Source: Botryllus schlosseri
Taxonomy: Eukaryota
NCBI GenBank assembly: GCA_051294905.1
Contig: CM119375.1
Span: forward strand, 15,500,001 to 15,564,000
Direction: 5' to 3'
Length of the DNA: 64,000 nucleotides
Shown: piece after piece, positions 59,701 through 64,000 of the stretch
Layout: each line of letters opens with the position of its first letter
Position numbering within the stretch: the first letter of the stretch is position 1
Position numbers and translations under genes: made by a program
Notes under the pieces: generated by a model
Database searches by the model: none
What the model saw: only the letters and a program-made list of their open reading frames with translations
What the model was told of the DNA's origin: nothing

Positions 59701-62700
59701 CATCACCAAAAATCCAGTCGGCACCCTGTTCGCGGCAATGTTCGAAACGACATCAGTAGCTTTGGACGCATATTTCTGCGCAGAAAAATGAACCAGGTAT
59801 AGAACACATACGTGACTTGGAACACAACGTGCAACTCACTCCAAAGGCCCAGTATCCGAAGATGACAATAATGAAATTGATGACGTCGCAAAGGAAGATG
59901 TAAATGTACACGTCGGTGACCGCGGCAAACTGCTGATGCAGCAAGCGGTGGAAGAATCGGTAAGGAGATGTCAGAACGCGCTTCATCCTGGAGCAGATAA
60001 CATGGTTACGTGACTACAACTAACAATTATATTTTCGATCGAGCTATTTTATGCCTAACAAACTATTTTATGGAAACGATGATGCCAGTGAGATTCCAAG
60101 TCGTCTCCAGTATTTGGCTTCTGAATCTGCCAAGATATCTGGAATTACGCAAGGATTCCAATCAGCATGTTGGATATCTCATATGCCGCAACAATTCGAA
60201 TTTGGCTACGTTAGACATCGCCGTAAACTCGGCCCCAAAATGTCGTCAAAGTAGTTATCGTTGGAGCTCAAGTATTGTTAAATTTCTGCTCAAATATAAG
60301 TAGAAGTTCAATGATTTCCCAGCAAGTAATCCAGGCCCAGTATTGTCAAAAAAAAACTGAAAACTGTTAATAGGACACAGAAGTAGATAAAATCATAACC
60401 ACTCATATGTAGTGCAGCCAGCCAATACCTACTAGAGTACCACGTAAAAGTAATAGTACTTTTTTACTGTCCAGTGACCACCTCTGACCATCCCTGGTAC
60501 AGCATTTACTTGACACAGTGGAAGTGTACTGCGCTCCCAATAAACAAACTAAACTCTACAGTTCTATTATTAATATCGTTCCATCGTAAATCCGACAAAT
60601 CATTATTATTATTATTTATTATTCATTTTTATTATTGTCGCACATTGGCAGAAACTTAGAATATCTCTCAAACATCTGGGACGATTACATCACCATTTTA
60701 CCTCCGTAAAATCTTAAAATCTTTTCTGACCTGCTAAAGTCTCCGTTCTCCGACTCGTCGGCGTCCTCCCCGGGCACCTCCTCTCCTTTTGTAGCGACCG
60801 CTTCTTTCTTTGTGATGTCTTCGCTTTTCGAGTTGGTGTCAGCGTCAGATTTACTTGTCGTTTCGTTCTCTTCTTCAGTTTTTTCGGCTTTGTCCCACAG
60901 TCCGTGAATCTATCCGAACGGAACGTTACTAAAACCATATCACACTCGCACAAGTGGTCAGCAATGAGGCACTTTTACTTTTTCAGAGCGTACGTTCCCC
61001 CTACTCATACTACTGACTTCTGGCTATGTTTTTAGACTACTTATACTTCCGCTTGTCAGTATTGTAGGCAAAACTACTTACTTTCTACACATTTTGTAAA
61101 GTAGAAAGTTGTTTTGGGGTACGCTTGTTTTGGAATACGCTTGTCATGAAAAATGGGCAAGAGAGCCCCTGCATCACATTAACTGGAGACATTTTCGATG
61201 ATTGTAGCTATTTGTAGTGTCATTGGTAATTAAACATTAGTAGCGAAGATGTACCACTGATTAACTGCAAAAAGTATGTGACCCATTGACCAAATCTACA
61301 TTTTGAAACTATTTACTTGGGTAATTTTCACACGACTTGGAAATTGCTACTTCTACTTGAGTAGCAATACTGGCACAGCGACCAAACATACTATTTGGAA
61401 TTACCTTCATTTTCCAAATAATTATGATATGCCTTGTAACAGAGTAGAATTTTAAGATGTTAACTCTACTTCTACTGAAAAAGCAACACTTTGACTACCT
61501 ATGCAGGCTCGCAGCCGTAAAACTCACGCTGAGCATTTGCTTGTGGAAGAAGAAGGCAATCAGCTGTGCCAGATCCATTGTGCTCCACTTATCTTTTTGC
61601 TCAACGCCGATAATACGCGGGGGCCAGAACGGGTTGTTGGCGTGCAGGTTTTCTTCCGTCGCGGCATTCCACGGGATGAACTCGAATTGGAAAATCAACT
61701 TCAACAGGATGACGGCCTGTGAACGAAAAAAGAGGCATGCATCATCGCTTGAATGCGCAATATGCCAACAATCAATACTGAGAAGGTGGTATTGTCAAAA
61801 TCATGACATTTTGAAAGTTGGCCATCATTCAGTAGCCTAAAAGTTCAGGATGGTAGCCCTACAGTTGAGCATGCGAACTTGGAACGCAACACCGAGCCTC
61901 AACGCCAAAAGTAATCCTTACCCTAACTACATCCGAAACATAGCCCAATCCTAACCCTAGATTTAACCCACACTCTGAAGTATTGCCTGCTCATACCAAA
62001 AACATACATACAAACATAGTAAGAACGAATTATTACGAAGTTCAAATACATACCATCATACGTTCGCAAATGAAGAATTGCCATTTGCACTTATCAAAAT
62101 AAATATTTTCTTTTTGTTATAAATAACGCACTCACTATACCATGTGATAATGCTATAGGCTCAACAATACAATGTTGTATCTCCACGGACACGCACAGGC
62201 TCATGCTACATGATACGATATTGCCGATCTAAGTTTCAAGGCTTCAAATGTGATGGCTGATTTAGGTGTCAGCTCCAGTCTTCTAGGCCTGAAATTCAGG
62301 CAGTTTCATCAGTCTAGTTTGAATTTGCGAGTGAATCTGGAAATTCTGTAGGTATCGAGAGGTCTGCTTGCCGCTATTACGGCGACGTCGGCTGCTATAC
62401 TAGGTAGCTTCAATCCATAGCTTTATCAACCCTTATAACATCACAGGAGAAAGGAAAACCGTCCTCACCTCCAAATAAAAGATGCAAAAGCTCCAAAATC
62501 GTTTTGTTGGACGCGGCGTAGACAGTGTTGACCAGAGAAATATCGCGATCGGAAGCACCAGCGACAAGATAGACGCGCTCAACATCAAGTTGAGTATGAC
62601 CAGAAAGTAGCACACGATGTCCGTGCGGGAGATGATCGAATACCTAAACGTGCGACGTGAAGCAACATCAAAAGTTCACGGTCAAGACCGCGCGGGCAAA

Positions 62701-63930
62701 CTCACCATAGCGCATAAAACAATCTCACAAGTCGCATTTGATCTTTGTCGAAATCGTGCGGTTTCAAATCGATAATTTGAGAGTCGTCGTCAGATTCGCC
62801 GCTGTCACTGTTAAATTGAAGTTGACAGAATGACAATGTTGCAAGTGTAACACTGTCAAAATTAGAAAGAACTTTTGGGATATGGAAGTGTTGCTTTTCA
62901 AGAGCAAAATTGGAGTGCAACAGATCATCGCAACCGGATATATCTCCGAAGAATGGGCCTATTAGTGGTGTCGTTTTGCGCCGGTCAGCCTGCAGACCCC
63001 GGACCAAATTTTCTTTTTGAAACTTCTTGCTTGTACACTCTTCAGACCGTTCATTTTCCATTTGAATTTAAAGCAAATCTCGAGATATCATGGAAATTAC
63101 TACGTTTGCTTGAAATCTAGCACAAATTTTCGGTGTTACTGCTAATCCTACTTCAGGAGCATCGCTGACTACTTCCACTATATCAGGTTATGAGTCAAGA
63201 ATCGGGGAGTTTTGCAGTTACAATTTTCGTTTCGTTGGAGTCGGGAGTGTTGATTACTTTCCAAGGTTGTAGCTCTTGCTCTTTCACAAAGGGCTGCGAG
63301 CATAAGGACGCATTCCGAATGGTATCGACTGAAAAAAAAATGAATATTCACCCATCGATTGGCAGCGTTTGTGCTCCGGGCTCTCCAGCATCTATCAGTA
63401 TTTCCGTGGACGCGGTGTCTCGCGGCTGTGGCTGTTAATCAAATATCATTATAGTAATGTGTCTGCATTGACAGTTGAATCGAAAACAAGAGAAGACTCG
63501 ACAATTTGATTCAGAACAATACTCCGCACACATTAACGCTCTGCGACCATGAAGGATTCAACCTCCTTATTGGCTGTTACATCATAATCACTTTTAAAAC
63601 GGGCACAATGATTTATTAATATATTATATATATGTTAGGGTTACCCTAACTGATTGCAAGCCCAGAAATTATTAGCATACTGCATATTTCGAGATTTGTG
63701 GTTGCTAGCCACAGTTGTAACAGTCCCTAATTAGGACCAACAACAATAGGTAAAAAACAGCACTACAATTACCTCACGCAGTCGTAATTTCGCTAAGTCG
63801 TCCTTTTCGCTAGACAATCGCAGTGCGACATTGCGATAGTCGCAGCTGGCGGTGTTCAGCCACAGAGTGAGCGTGTCGACGCCAGAGAGGCAGAGCTCAT
63901 AACAGAAAATCATCCCTTTCTTGAATTTTC
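53707..63930 (-). CDS. PIEZO: Piezo mechanosensitive channel, 3' portion (5' part lies beyond the right edge)
   Basis: Last exon 53869-53707 reads [40 protein letters not shown]. Inner-helix exon 54508-54419 reads [17 protein letters not shown]. Other exons: 55270-55630 [14 protein letters not shown]; about 57860-58070 KYLEGG; 58600-58970 [12 protein letters not shown] and IRCGYP; 59350-59560 DRALYLRK; 62500-62640 [11 protein letters not shown]; 63930-63773. Not every boundary was resolved. Confidence 0.95.
55641..55725 (+). repeat. tRNA-derived (SINE-head-like) fragment in a Piezo intron
   Basis: agttggttaggc A-box-like and gtttcgaatccc B-box-like; aligns with 43503-43425; no cloverleaf. 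Confidence 0.45.
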
Positions 63931-64000
63931 CTGAGAATTACATCCAACAATAGAACTAGAATCGCACCACGGATGTCGCCGTAAAACAAACCTCTCTCTT

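Overview
Eukaryotic (animal) genomic DNA: AT-rich, compact genes, many 54-90 bp spliceosomal introns and very dense non-autonomous DNA transposons. A tunicate or other invertebrate chordate is a plausible source, but this is inference only. Host genes reconstructed by hand from splice sites: an intronless NDST (+), an AF10/MLLT10-like PZP plus OM-LZ gene (-), FAM166B/CIMIP2-like (+), Spindly/SPDL1 (-, 12 exons), an intronless LIN9 (-) and the 3' part of a Piezo channel (-). The main discovery is a 4.4-kb TIR element (2605-7013, perfect 8-bp TSD CAAAAGTG, arrays of 42-bp hairpin subterminal repeats). It carries an intact 9-exon, 435-aa gene that the ORF track misses: C2H2 zinc fingers, a Ulp1/SENP-type (C48) protease with a complete His/Asp/Gln/Cys catalytic set, and a C-terminal PHD finger. 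It has no recognisable transposase, so it is a candidate transposon-borne, DNA-targeted deSUMOylase or anti-silencing module. Other notable items: two long foldback hAT elements in AF10 introns, an inverted MITE pair flanking a frame-preserving exon block of Spindly, a non-canonical Spindly CC1 box, loss of two conserved acidic pore residues in Piezo, and two GC-AG introns. All family assignments come from motif recognition by eye; no database searches were run.
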